Shown: positions 32,175-41,899 of the stretch, piece by piece | Layout of the letters: each line of letters begins with the position of its first letter | How positions within the stretch are numbered: position 1 is the first letter of the stretch | NCBI GenBank assembly: GCA_963762565.1 | Contig: CAVXLD010000007.1 | Span: forward strand, 288,001 to 352,000 | Reading direction: 5' to 3' | Length of the DNA stretch: 64,000 bases | Source: an uncultured Verrucomicrobiae bacterium | GTDB taxonomy: Bacteria; Verrucomicrobiota; Verrucomicrobiia; Chthoniobacterales; JAFAMB01 | Program-made: the position numbers and the translations under genes | Notes under the pieces: model-generated | Seen by the model: the letters and a program-made list of their open reading frames with translations, nothing else | Told to the model about the DNA's origin: nothing | Database searches by the model: none

Positions 32175-33145
32175 ATCCCGTCCTGTAGGGACGCTGTGAT
32201 CTCTATCCCTGGCTGTGCCTGAGAGCTAACGGCGCCGTTGACCGACTCAATCATACCGTCCCGCTGGGACGGGGCACCTTTTTATACGCACCCCAGGCAG
32301 TAAACTGCCTGGCTAGTGCGCCGTGGAACGCGCATCACAGCAGGTGAGAGTCCTGCATTGTTAAACCGTGAAAGAACAAGAAGTACAAAGTAAGGGCGTT
32401 GTCGAGAGGCGGGGTCTGAAGCAACCGAGTACGAGACACCTAGTCCGCAACGCAAGTGAACACGATTCGGCAAGGCAAGCTGGTGAGCCTGCTAGCCAAG
32501 AGCGAAACCAAGTCCGCCAAGAGCGGAACCAGTGGCATTCACAGAGCACGGGAAAGGATGGCCATTGGAGCTTGTCGGGTGGTTGGTGGTGGAATGGGAG
32601 TCGAAGTGATGAGCGGTTAACACGGGAGAACCACGTAGAGAACGAGACTGGCGTTCATTCCGCTGAGAGGGCAAAGAGGGCGGACAAAGAACCAGGCTAC
32701 GTGGAAGTCAGAGCGTCCATAGTAGCGAAGAAGCGGGGTAACGCCCGTGGAGCCAAGGGACGTAGGAAGATAGAACGAATCAGGTCAGCCGGAAGGAAGA
32801 AAACCCCGTTAGTGATCAACCTCTTGAGAGCTCGATCTATACAAGGGTGGAGAACTCTGTCCCGCGAAGGGAGCACAGAGGAATACCTTCCAGCCAACAC
32901 TGATCCATTGCTGGCAGGCTGCCGCAAACGGCAGTCAGACACCGGGGAAAAGCAAGCCCGATGTCGCCGAACCTCGAACTTTCTCGTTGAGGTTCCCAGG
33001 TTCAATTCGGCATGTCAGTCTCACTGTAGACCCTATCGACTGGAGAGCCGGATGCGGGAAAACCGCCTGTCCGGTTCGGAGGGAGGGGCGGCTCCAATAC
33101 AGTCGTCCCTACCCCTATCCTTCATTCAGTCCCTTCGGGACAAAC
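32175..33145. repeat. REP-like multi-palindrome element split by the group II intron
   Basis: Three related palindromes gtcctgtagggac, gtcccgctgggac and gtcccttcgggac, plus hairpin ccaggcag-taaa-ctgcctgg; flanks rejoin as ...cctggcta|ccttcattcagtcccttcgggac. Confidence 0.7.
32316..33118 (+). ncRNA. Group II intron, ORF-less (803 nt)
   Basis: 5' GTGCG at 32316; domain V GAGCCGGATGCGGGAAAACCGCCTGTCCGGTTC (33045-33077, AGC triad); domain VI with bulged A, ending ..CCCCTAT; candidate EBS1 TAGCCA (32493-32498) complementary to the 5' exon end TGGCTA; no RT ORF. Confidence 0.92.
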
Positions 33146-33203
33146 GGCTTCGCCGCGAATTCGCAGCCCCGTAAAAGACCGGGTTTTTCAACAGCCTGCG
33201 GGG

Positions 33204-33767
33204 CTATAATCTATCAGCGCTTCGCGCCTTACTTTGCGGCAGCCGCCGAACTCCCGTCTTTTGGCGCTTCGCCCCGGACTTCCGAAGTTCTGAACCCATT
33301 TTCTCGTTATATATCAAGACCGAACACCGGGCTTGATGCATAATATTGGACGGTTCATTCAGGCCAAAAAGACTGCTAAGGATATTCGAATTGTGGCTAC
33401 CGGTCACAATCAGATCAATATCATTATCATAAGCAAACGCGGCAATTTCATCTGCCGGATCTCCGACCAAAAAGGTCCATTCAGCTTCAGGCACAATCTG
33501 GCGGACCTTCTTGGTTAACTGGTCGAGTCGGGTTGCTTTTTCATGACGTCGTTTTTCGAACGCGCGAACCGTTCCTTCTCCGGCAAAATCGTACCTTGGT
33601 TCCGCGGGAAAGACGTGAGCCAAAGTCAGATCGGCATGGAAAGATTTGGCAACTCTTGCCGCGAAAAACGCCGTAGCTTCGGAGTGCTTTGAAAGATCGA
33701 CTGCTACCAAGATTCGATCAGTTGCTTTTTCTGCTTTACCCGACGAACTAAGAGACAGAGTTTTCAT
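33204..33767 (-). CDS. Universal stress protein
   Basis: ILVAVDLS, GDPADEI, DLIVTGSH, ARCSVL. Confidence 0.9.
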   Translation of the reverse strand: MKTLSLSSSGKAEKATDRILVAVDLSKHSEATAFFAARVAKSFHADLTLAHVFPAEPRYDFAGEGTVRAFEKRRHEKATRLDQLTKKVRQIVPEAEWTFLVGDPADEIAAFAYDNDIDLIVTGSHNSNILSSLFGLNEPSNIMHQARCSVLIYNEKMGSELRKSGAKRQKTGVRRLPQSKARSADRL

Positions 33768-34310
33768 ACCGCGCGTCTATTTTTGCTGAACGAGGAGGAG
33801 CTACAACCGGCCTTGCCGGTCTCACTGAGGCCAACTCTTCGATCGTAGGTAACTCTTCTGGATGAAACTTCTGTGCTGGCACACAGAGCACTGGACAATC
33901 AGCTTTTCGCACAAGTTCATCCAGCAATTCCTCGGGTAGCCAGCACCACCTAATTAAATCCAAAGGCAATGGTACAGCGATGAGGTCGGCTTTTAACGCC
34001 TGGCTTTGTCGAACAATCTGGGTAGCGGGAGAGCCTAAAGCAACTCGCCCAATGCACTTGCTGTAGAGGCTTCGAGCTGCCGTCAGCCAGCTCGTACAGA
34101 CGGGTTCGCACCCTGCCGCAATGCAGAGACACGTCGGCCAGCGCCACGTCGCCCACCGCAAAATCAAAACTTGGCGGATCGACATAGCAGTGCAAGAGCG
34201 TTACCGTAGCCCCCAGCCGGCGAGCCATTCGCAGAATCGGGCTCAAATCGCTCAGCTTCGTGTGAAATGGCATCTACCGGAACCAGGATCTCGTTGATTT
34301 CCGATTGACC
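33748..34310 (-). pseudogene. Universal stress protein, frameshifted
   Basis: EILVPVD, VTLLHC and GSPATQIV..ADCPVLCVP lie in different frames; 5' end uncertain. Confidence 0.7.
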
Positions 34311-34504
34311 TGCTTGAGGTTGCCTCAACGGGTCCACATGAGGGCCCGGATCTGGGGCGCCCGATGCCGCTTGAGGACCAACCTTTTTGGTCGCCGTTTC
34401 TGTTGAGTCCTGTTCACAGAACTAGATTAGTCGTACCCGGCAGCAACCACTCTCCTTTTGCGTTGCCAGCCTTTGGGCGTCCATTTGTAGCAGAATTGAA
34501 ACCG

Positions 34505-35182
34505 CTACATCTGCTGCTTCGATTGAGTCGCTGCCCAACGAGCTGAAAAAGAGATCAGCTCAGCTGTCGTGTTGATCTTTAACTTCGTTTTGATATTGGC
34601 CCGGTGTGCGTCCACCGTTTTCGCGCTTAGGTGCAGCTTCTTGGCAATCTCGTGGGATGATAGTCCTTCGCCTAATGCTTCAAAAACTTCGAATTCTCGG
34701 TCGCTCAGTTTTTGGATCGATGAGCGATCAATCCCGGTTTGACCCCCAGAGAAAATTTCCAGGATATGCGCTGACATACTTTCGCTGACGTAGATCCTGC
34801 CGCTCAGGACATGCCGGATTGCGCCCATTAATTTGTCGCCGCCCTCATGCTTAGTGATATAACCGCGAGCGCCTGCTCTGAGGACGCGGTCGGCATACAA
34901 AGATTCGTCGTGCATCGAGAGCACCAGCATCGGCAGATCGGGATGCATCGCCTTAACATCCTTGATTAGTTCCAAACCGCTCTTACCGGGAAGGGTGATA
35001 TCTATCAGCATTAAATCGGGGCGCTTGCTGGCGAGTAAATCAAGCGCTTGAGCAGCATCCTCAGCCTCTCCATCCACAACCATTTCAGGCTGATGGTTGA
35101 TCAAATGAACCAAACCGGCCCGGGTCATCGGGTGATCGTCCACAATCAGGATGCGAGTCTTTTTTTCTTTCTCGGCTTTCAT
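34505..35182 (-). CDS. NarL/FixJ family response regulator
   Basis: IVDDHP, DITLPG, LSMHDE, LSDREFEVF, KTVDAHRANI. Confidence 0.95.
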   Translation of the reverse strand: MKAEKEKKTRILIVDDHPMTRAGLVHLINHQPEMVVDGEAEDAAQALDLLASKRPDLMLIDITLPGKSGLELIKDVKAMHPDLPMLVLSMHDESLYADRVLRAGARGYITKHEGGDKLMGAIRHVLSGRIYVSESMSAHILEIFSGGQTGIDRSSIQKLSDREFEVFEALGEGLSSHEIAKKLHLSAKTVDAHRANIKTKLKINTTAELISFSARWAATQSKQQM

Positions 35183-36894
35183 CAGCCTAGCCTCAATCTG
35201 CAGGCAACCTTCGTCCCTTTGCTTTCGACAGAATCGATCCTCAACATCGCTCCGATCATCTCCGCGCGATACTCCATAATTCTTAACCCCATGCCCTCGA
35301 TTGGCCCAGTCTTCTGAGCAAAGCCGGCGCCATCGTCCTCGACCGTGAGCACGAGTTCGCCATCCAATTTCTTTAACCCGACAAGGATAGTCTTTGCCCT
35401 TCCGTGTTTGACTGCGTTACCGATCGCTTCTTGCGCAATGCGATAGAGATGGGTGCCGGATGCTCGATTCTCCAATAAAACCGGTTGCGGGCACTCAAAA
35501 GTACAGGCGATCCGGAAGAGGTCGGCGGCATTTGCGGCTAAACGGCTCAGCGCCGCCATCAGACCATTAGACTCAATTTCGACCGGCGCGAGTCCTCGAG
35601 CTAGCGCCCGGGCTTGTTTAGTCGCGTTGCGAATCAGTTCGCCGATTTGAGCCGCTTCTGCTTTGGCTTTCGGATTCTTCGCTAACTGGTGCACCAGAAC
35701 CGAATTTCGAAACTCGATCCCAGCTAATTGCTGGCACAAGCTGTCGTGTAAATCTTGCCCTATGCGCTGTTGCTCGCGGCTGCTGACATTGAGCAGCTCT
35801 TCTTCCAATACTCGCCGCTCGATCGCGGCTGCCAAAACATCAGCCACGGACTGCAAGAAGTGCACATCATCCCCGGTGAATGACCGTCGCCGGCCCGTGT
35901 GCGCTCCCAACACCCCATAGGGTTTGCCTAAACCGTGGATGACGACGCTGATGCCGCTACGAATCCCGTGATCCAAGAAAAATGCCGGCGCCTGGAAGCG
36001 AGTTTCGTTGGTGAGATCTTCCACCACAACGGGAGAACTGGATAGCAGGGTAAAACCACCATGAGATCCTAACCCAGTCGGTAAAGCTACTTTCCCAACG
36101 GAGCCTTTTTTCCAGCCAACACCTGCCCGTAGACAGAGAGATTCGCCTACCAATTCCAGCACCTTGCAAAATTCTACATCCAGAACGCTGGTGACCAGTG
36201 AGACGGCATCATCCAAGAGCGAGGTTAGATCGCGGCCTTCCAATGCACGGCGGTTCAGTTTTGCTACCGCGCCCTGCTGACGAGCCCGGTTCTCAAAAGC
36301 GGTTACCGCGGTTTGGGTCGCGTAGGTCAATTCCGCAGTCCGTTCTCGAACCCGGGCTTCCAGTTCCTCGCGTGATTTTCGCAGCGCCTCTTCCGCTCTT
36401 TTGTGTTCGGTGACATCCCTGATTGTAGCGATCACCGTTCTCCCTTCTTCGGTATCGATTGGGCTGAGCATGATGTCGACCGGGAACTCCGAGCCATCTT
36501 TGCGTAGGGCGAACAGATCGAGATTTATCCCCATTTCGCGCAGACGAGGTTCGGCCATGTAGTTCTGGCGATGGCCGAGGTGACGGCCCCTAAAACGCGG
36601 AGGTATGAGTATTTCGATCCGCTTACCCACCAATTCACGAGCGGTATAGCCAAACATCGTCTTAACATGATCGTTTACCTGGCTGATGGCGCCTTGTTCA
36701 TCGACGATAATCACCGCATCAGGAGCAAAGCGGAAGAACGTGGCCAGCGCCCTGTCTGTCTTCTGGGATTTCTTTGGGATCTGCCTAGCCCTGCGAGCCT
36801 TTGGGGTCTGTACAGAGCGGTTGCGCTTGTCCTGAATTGCCGAAACCTGGGAACGCGCCTTGACCTTCTTTGCCACGCTTTTTTGTGACTTCAT
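35182..36894 (-). CDS. Cytoplasmic PAS-GAF sensor histidine kinase (HisKA_3)
   Basis: PAS (FGY..ELVG, RKDGSEFPVDI), GAF, RIGQDLHDSLCQ H-box, EAIGNAVKHG, DDGAG, GMGL; no TM segment. Confidence 0.93.
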   Translation of the reverse strand: MKSQKSVAKKVKARSQVSAIQDKRNRSVQTPKARRARQIPKKSQKTDRALATFFRFAPDAVIIVDEQGAISQVNDHVKTMFGYTARELVGKRIEILIPPRFRGRHLGHRQNYMAEPRLREMGINLDLFALRKDGSEFPVDIMLSPIDTEEGRTVIATIRDVTEHKRAEEALRKSREELEARVRERTAELTYATQTAVTAFENRARQQGAVAKLNRRALEGRDLTSLLDDAVSLVTSVLDVEFCKVLELVGESLCLRAGVGWKKGSVGKVALPTGLGSHGGFTLLSSSPVVVEDLTNETRFQAPAFFLDHGIRSGISVVIHGLGKPYGVLGAHTGRRRSFTGDDVHFLQSVADVLAAAIERRVLEEELLNVSSREQQRIGQDLHDSLCQQLAGIEFRNSVLVHQLAKNPKAKAEAAQIGELIRNATKQARALARGLAPVEIESNGLMAALSRLAANAADLFRIACTFECPQPVLLENRASGTHLYRIAQEAIGNAVKHGRAKTILVGLKKLDGELVLTVEDDGAGFAQKTGPIEGMGLRIMEYRAEMIGAMLRIDSVESKGTKVACRLRLG

Positions 36895-37018
36895 GATCAG
36901 GTTTTACGGACTTCGAATCGGTTCCAACCGCCGAGGTCTCTATAAAAAGCCCGCCAGGAAAGTCAAGAATTCACCCGCACCCCGAACCAATTGACCACTG
37001 ATTTTGCCGTCCGCCGTC

Positions 37019-37555
37019 CTAGTCACTAAGCAATTCAATATCGACGTTATCGTTCGGCCAATCCGCATCCGCGGCGGTGAGAATTACGATCGGACAGGGC
37101 AAAGAACAGTCGCCAGTCTCAAGTGCGGCGAGCCCCGGCCGCTGCAAACCAGCAGCTAGCTCCTCGGGAATTAGGATGACATCCGCCTTACGTTCTGATG
37201 CCTCGGCCAGGAGCTGTCGCCAAGAGTGCATAATGTGTCTGCTAATAGAGAGGTCGGAGTAATGGTTTTTCAACTCCCAAGCAAAACAAAGCAGGTCGAC
37301 GAGGTCATCGCGATCAGACCCTCCAGCCGCTCGATCCGAACTCCGAAGTTTGCCTCCGTGCAAGAGGGTGATCTGAGGATACCAGCGTTCTGCTAACTGA
37401 AGTACCATGGCCAAGACTGCTTCTGGAGGATCGCCTGGATCTATCACCAGGAGTAGAGGGCCAACCCCCCGGGGAAAGAGGTTCAAGATATCACGCATTT
37501 TTCGGGCGTGGGTAATGAAATGATCGGCTGTTGGCAGATGTTCGATGGATCGCAT
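37019..37555 (-). CDS. Degenerate USP-like protein
   Basis: ITLLHG, ADVILI and LPCPIVIL resemble the USP fold. Confidence 0.5.
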   Translation of the reverse strand: MRSIEHLPTADHFITHARKMRDILNLFPRGVGPLLLVIDPGDPPEAVLAMVLQLAERWYPQITLLHGGKLRSSDRAAGGSDRDDLVDLLCFAWELKNHYSDLSISRHIMHSWRQLLAEASERKADVILIPEELAAGLQRPGLAALETGDCSLPCPIVILTAADADWPNDNVDIELLSD

Positions 37556-37793
37556 ATTGGTAGCGAGGGTTAAAACTTGCGGTCAGTGCTTTGACGGCTG
37601 GTGGTCTTCGCTGTAAGAAATCATCGTTTGCTACCTGCAACTACACGGATCTTGTCTAGGACTTATCAGGCATTGCCAACCTTAGATCAGCCGTCGCCTT
37701 ACTAAATAATTAAGATTGCCGGTTACAACCAGTGGTTAACAGTGGACAATCTCCGGTGAGTTACCGAATGGCGGCTCCGATAGTTTACTGTAA

Positions 37794-38132
37794 ATGAAAA
37801 AGATCGAAGCTATCATACCGCCGGCGACTGTAGCCACAATAAGAGCGGAGCTGGAGCGTCGAGGCGTCTACGGTAAATTCACCTTGACCGAGGTGCGTCA
37901 CGGCGAAACCCAAAGGCCTTCGATCCGCACTGAACACGACCAAAACGAGTCGTTGCAATCAAAGATCAAGGTGGAGCTCATCGTGTCTGACCGGCAGGCC
38001 GAAAAAGCCATCAACGTAATTCTCAGGCATGCCACCACCGATTCGGATGCGCATGATGGCCATTTGACCCTCGTCAATGTGGACGAAGTTTTGCAGATTA
38101 CCCAGCCGAACGGAACTGGACCGGCTGTCTAG
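37794..38132 (+). CDS. Divergent PII-family signalling protein
   Basis: MKKIEAII, KIKVELIVSD, DGHL..VDEV; T-loop and C-loop motifs altered. Confidence 0.8.
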   Translation: MKKIEAIIPPATVATIRAELERRGVYGKFTLTEVRHGETQRPSIRTEHDQNESLQSKIKVELIVSDRQAEKAINVILRHATTDSDAHDGHLTLVNVDEVLQITQPNGTGPAV

Positions 38133-38441
38133 CCAGGATCAACTGCTGTAAGTTGGAGCGTTCAGCCTCCTATCACTAGGTAAAATCCCTAGTCGGACTA
38201 GGGAACTCTCCGCTAGTCCGGTTACACTGCTCGACTACCCTGATTGGGCTTTTGCCTAGATGCGTCGCGGACTTCGCCCAATTGTGGGTTTGCGTCGCCT
38301 AATTCACAATACAGGAGCATGAGAGAACAATATTTGATGATCGCACCTGCTCCCGGCTTGGCCGCTGGCGCCGCGGCGATTCATCCCACTGTTCTTCCCA
38401 AAACAGAGTTTTAACCGAACTGAACCGAAGAGAGTCCCACC

Positions 38442-39335
38442 ATGAACCGTCCAGCAGATCTAATCCAGCGGATTTCGAAATCCGACATCTATAAAGATTA
38501 CGAACGCGCCTTCAGCGACGCCACCGAACTTCCTATGGCCCTCCGGCCAACTGAGATCTGGAGGTTCGCTCTAGAAGGAAAACGCTACCGAAACCCTTTC
38601 TGCGCCATGCTGGCCAAAACGAGTCGAACCTGTGCCGCTTGCTTGGAAACCCAGAAAAGAATGCAAGATATGCCGGGCGAAGGACCGAAGACAGTCACTT
38701 GTTTTGCCGGCCTCTGCGACACGGCAGTACCGGTGCGAGCCGGCGACAAACTGATCGGGTACTTGCAGACTGGACAGGTAGCCCTCCGGAAACCGAACGA
38801 GGTGCAGTTCAATAAGATCACTCAGCAACTCGTCGACTGGGGCGTGACGGTCGATCTGACTCAGCTGCAAGATGCGTACTATCACTCGCGAACTTTAGCT
38901 CCTCAACAGTACACGGCCGTGGTTAAGCTGCTGGAGATCTTTGCTACCCATATCTCGACCTTAGCCAATGAGATCGTTGTGCAAGAGGATGAAGCCGAGT
39001 CACCAATGATCCGGCGGGCACGTGCTTACATCCATGCGAATCAGGCCGATCCTATCGATCTCGATCAGGTAGCCAAAGCCATGCATGTTAGTACCTTTTA
39101 TTTCTGCAAAATGTTCAAGAAGGCGACCGGCTTGACCTTTACGGACTACTTGAGCCGAGTGCGAGTGGAAAAGGCCAAAACACTGCTGCTCAATCCGCAT
39201 CTCAGAATCAGTGAAATCGCCTACGATATAGGTTTCCAATCATTAACCCACTTCAATCGTATGTTTCGCAAAATTGTGGGTGAGTCGCCTACGCATTATC
39301 GGGACACGAAGTCGGTACGGCAATTGTTGAACTAA
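38442..39335 (+). CDS. PocR-sensor AraC family regulator
   Basis: NPFC..CAAC..CFAGL..AVPV..GYLQTGQV PocR domain plus AraC double HTH. Confidence 0.9.
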   Translation: MNRPADLIQRISKSDIYKDYERAFSDATELPMALRPTEIWRFALEGKRYRNPFCAMLAKTSRTCAACLETQKRMQDMPGEGPKTVTCFAGLCDTAVPVRAGDKLIGYLQTGQVALRKPNEVQFNKITQQLVDWGVTVDLTQLQDAYYHSRTLAPQQYTAVVKLLEIFATHISTLANEIVVQEDEAESPMIRRARAYIHANQADPIDLDQVAKAMHVSTFYFCKMFKKATGLTFTDYLSRVRVEKAKTLLLNPHLRISEIAYDIGFQSLTHFNRMFRKIVGESPTHYRDTKSVRQLLN

Positions 39336-39345
39336 GGTCAGCCAT

Positions 39346-39894
39346 ATGGAGATGGGTGCTATCAGAGACGAGGGCCTACGGGCTAATAAATTGCTACCGG
39401 GATACACAAAAGAAATTCCGCGGCGGTTGATTCGTTGCCTGAACGACAGCGGTGTTCGCTACTATATTCAGCACGAGCCGGACTCGAATAGGCTAGTCCA
39501 GGAATCGGTCGATCTCGTGGGCCTCGTTCACACCGCCGTGATTCGGGCTGGTAAGCAGCGCCTCTTAGCGGTTGTGCCAAATGGCTGTGACATCGACTTG
39601 AAAAAGTTCGGCACGTTAGTTGGTGAGCCGGCGCGTTTGGAGACCGAGGACGAATTCAAATGGCTGTTTCCTGACTGTGCGCTTGGCGCCGTTCCGCCCT
39701 TTGGTAATCTGTACGGCCTAGCGACCTGGTTAGACACAAGTTTGACTAAGACAGCGGAGATTGCCTTCCTCGCCGGAACTATTATTGACGCCATCAAGCT
39801 CAGCTATTCCGCCTACGCGGAGGTGGTCGAGCCAAGGGTTGGTAAGTTCGGAGCGAAATCCGGAGAGAGCAAAAGAGCGCTGAAGGCGCGGTAG
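39346..39894 (+). CDS. YbaK/EbsC (aminoacyl-tRNA deacylase-like) protein
   Basis: FPDCALGAVPPFGNLYG motif. Confidence 0.8.
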   Translation: MEMGAIRDEGLRANKLLPGYTKEIPRRLIRCLNDSGVRYYIQHEPDSNRLVQESVDLVGLVHTAVIRAGKQRLLAVVPNGCDIDLKKFGTLVGEPARLETEDEFKWLFPDCALGAVPPFGNLYGLATWLDTSLTKTAEIAFLAGTIIDAIKLSYSAYAEVVEPRVGKFGAKSGESKRALKAR

Positions 39895-40174
39895 AGGGCG
39901 TTGAACAGACTCGCACGAAGGGCAAGTTCGGCGGGCGTGCTTTTCAACGGCTCTACCGTGTCTTCAGCGCTCGAGGCGCTGGCTTTGCACTCCGGTGCGA
40001 ATAAGTGGCCGTCGGCGGCTCATCCATGCAATCTGTGGGTAAAGTTGAACAACCATCGGTGAGTCAACCTCGGTCGGTGGGGTTAATTGAGCTACAACAG
40101 GTTGGCAAATTCACCCCGCGACGAGCGACGTGGCTGGCCCGTCGAGATTGAAATGACGAAAGTGACCCAGGCCC

Positions 40175-41815
40175 ATGAATACCTTTGAACGACAAAACGT
40201 GATCGGAATGCGGTTACTTCACGATCCTGTGTTGAATAAAGGGACCAGTTTTACCGAAAAGGAGAGAGATGTGTTTTGCTTGCGAGGTTTGTTACCGCCC
40301 CGCGTCTTTTCTCAGGAGCAGCAGGTCACGCGAGCTCTGGAGAACCTTCGTCGCAAGAATTCCGATATTGAACGCTATATTTTCCTGATGGCTCTTCAGG
40401 ATCGAAACGAGAAGCTGTTTTACCGGCTAATCTTGGATCATTTGGAAGAGATCGTCCCAATTATCTACACGCCGACCGTCGGGCAAGCTTGTCAGGAGTA
40501 CGGGCACATATTCCGGCGTCCTCGCGGTATTTTTATCTCGCTGGAAGATGCAGGCCGAGTCGCGAATCTGCTCTGTAACTGGCCGTACAAAGATGTTCGC
40601 GTGATCGTGGTGACCGACGGTGAACGGATCCTCGGTCTGGGCGATCTAGGCGCAGACGGCATGGGAATCCCGGTCGGAAAACTCTCTCTTTACACCGCTT
40701 GTGGAGGTATTGACCCAACCGTTTGTCTACCGGTTACCATTGACGTCGGTACGAATAATGAAGAGCTGCTGAAAGACCCGCTTTACATTGGTCGAGGACA
40801 TCACCGGGTTCGCGGCCCAGCTTATGACAGCTTGATCCAGGAGTTTGTAGAGGCGGTCCAAGGTCTTTTCCCACAAGCATTAATTCAGTTTGAAGATTTC
40901 GGAAACAAGAACGCGTTCCGTCTTTTAGCAGAGTATCGGGACAAAGGGTGCGTCTTTAACGACGATATTCAGGGAACTGCCGCCGTGGTGCTCGCAGGGC
41001 TCCGTTCGGCCAGTACGTTCACTGAGAGGCCGATTTCAGAACAGCGGTATCTCTTTTTTGGAGCCGGCGAAGCGGGGACCGGCATTGCCGATCTGCTAGT
41101 CGAAGAGATGAAAGCAAGCGGCTTATCAGAAAAGGCGGCCCGGCGTTCTTGTTGGTTCATCGATTCGAAAGGATTGGTGGTAAATGGCCGGCACGACCTG
41201 CCGGAGCATAAACTTCGGTACGCGCATCATCATTCTTTTATAAGTGACCCTCTCGCCATTGTTGAGGCGGTTCGACCGGCGGTAATCATCGGCGTGTCCG
41301 GACAGCCGGGTATCTTTAGCGAATCCATCCTGACGCGTATGGGCGAGATCAACGAACGACCGGTTATCTTCGCGCTTTCGAATCCAACGTCCAAATCAGA
41401 ATGTACGGCCGAAGCTGCGTATCGTCTGACCGGCGGGCGCGCGATTTTCGCCTCTGGCAGTCCTTTCAATTCGGTGATGCTGAATGGTCGGAAGTTCGTC
41501 CCCAGCCAAGGTAACAATGTTTATATTTTCCCTGGGCTAGGCTTGGGAATTGTGGCGAGCCAAAGCCGGCGAGTTACGGATACCATGCTTTTGGCAGCCG
41601 CACGAGCCCTGGCCAATGAAGTCTCTGAGGCGGATCTTGGCGAAGGCCGAATTTATCCTCCTTTGGGTCGGATTCGCGAAGTGTCCGAGAAGATCGCTCG
41701 AGCGGTCGCTGAAGTAGCGTACGCTGAGGGGTTGGCCGACTCTCCACGGCCGGCTGATCTTGAGTCATCTATCCGGGAACACATCTTTGTGCCTTCTTAT
41801 ACAAGCTACGTATAG
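40175..41815 (+). CDS. maeA: NAD-dependent malic enzyme
   Basis: NKGTSF, YTPTVG, TDGERILGLGD, FNDDIQGT, GAGEAG, ALSNP, QGNN. Confidence 0.93.
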   Translation: MNTFERQNVIGMRLLHDPVLNKGTSFTEKERDVFCLRGLLPPRVFSQEQQVTRALENLRRKNSDIERYIFLMALQDRNEKLFYRLILDHLEEIVPIIYTPTVGQACQEYGHIFRRPRGIFISLEDAGRVANLLCNWPYKDVRVIVVTDGERILGLGDLGADGMGIPVGKLSLYTACGGIDPTVCLPVTIDVGTNNEELLKDPLYIGRGHHRVRGPAYDSLIQEFVEAVQGLFPQALIQFEDFGNKNAFRLLAEYRDKGCVFNDDIQGTAAVVLAGLRSASTFTERPISEQRYLFFGAGEAGTGIADLLVEEMKASGLSEKAARRSCWFIDSKGLVVNGRHDLPEHKLRYAHHHSFISDPLAIVEAVRPAVIIGVSGQPGIFSESILTRMGEINERPVIFALSNPTSKSECTAEAAYRLTGGRAIFASGSPFNSVMLNGRKFVPSQGNNVYIFPGLGLGIVASQSRRVTDTMLLAAARALANEVSEADLGEGRIYPPLGRIREVSEKIARAVAEVAYAEGLADSPRPADLESSIREHIFVPSYTSYV

Positions 41816-41899
41816 AGAACAATTGGCGAGAGACCTTCGACAAGGCGGGTAAGGCGGCCGCGGGCCCCTGGCTTACGGTCATTAAGACAAAGAAAGCGG

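Noticed and set aside
32293..32315. Class IIC intron inserted after a terminator hairpin
   Set aside because: A hairpin does precede the site, but domain V is full length with an AGC triad rather than the shortened CGC type, and there is no U-tract. The class is left unassigned.
32368..33174. 268-aa ORF as an intron-encoded protein
   Set aside because: No RT (YADD), maturase or endonuclease motifs. It runs through the structural domains and past the 3' splice site, so it is most likely a chance frame.
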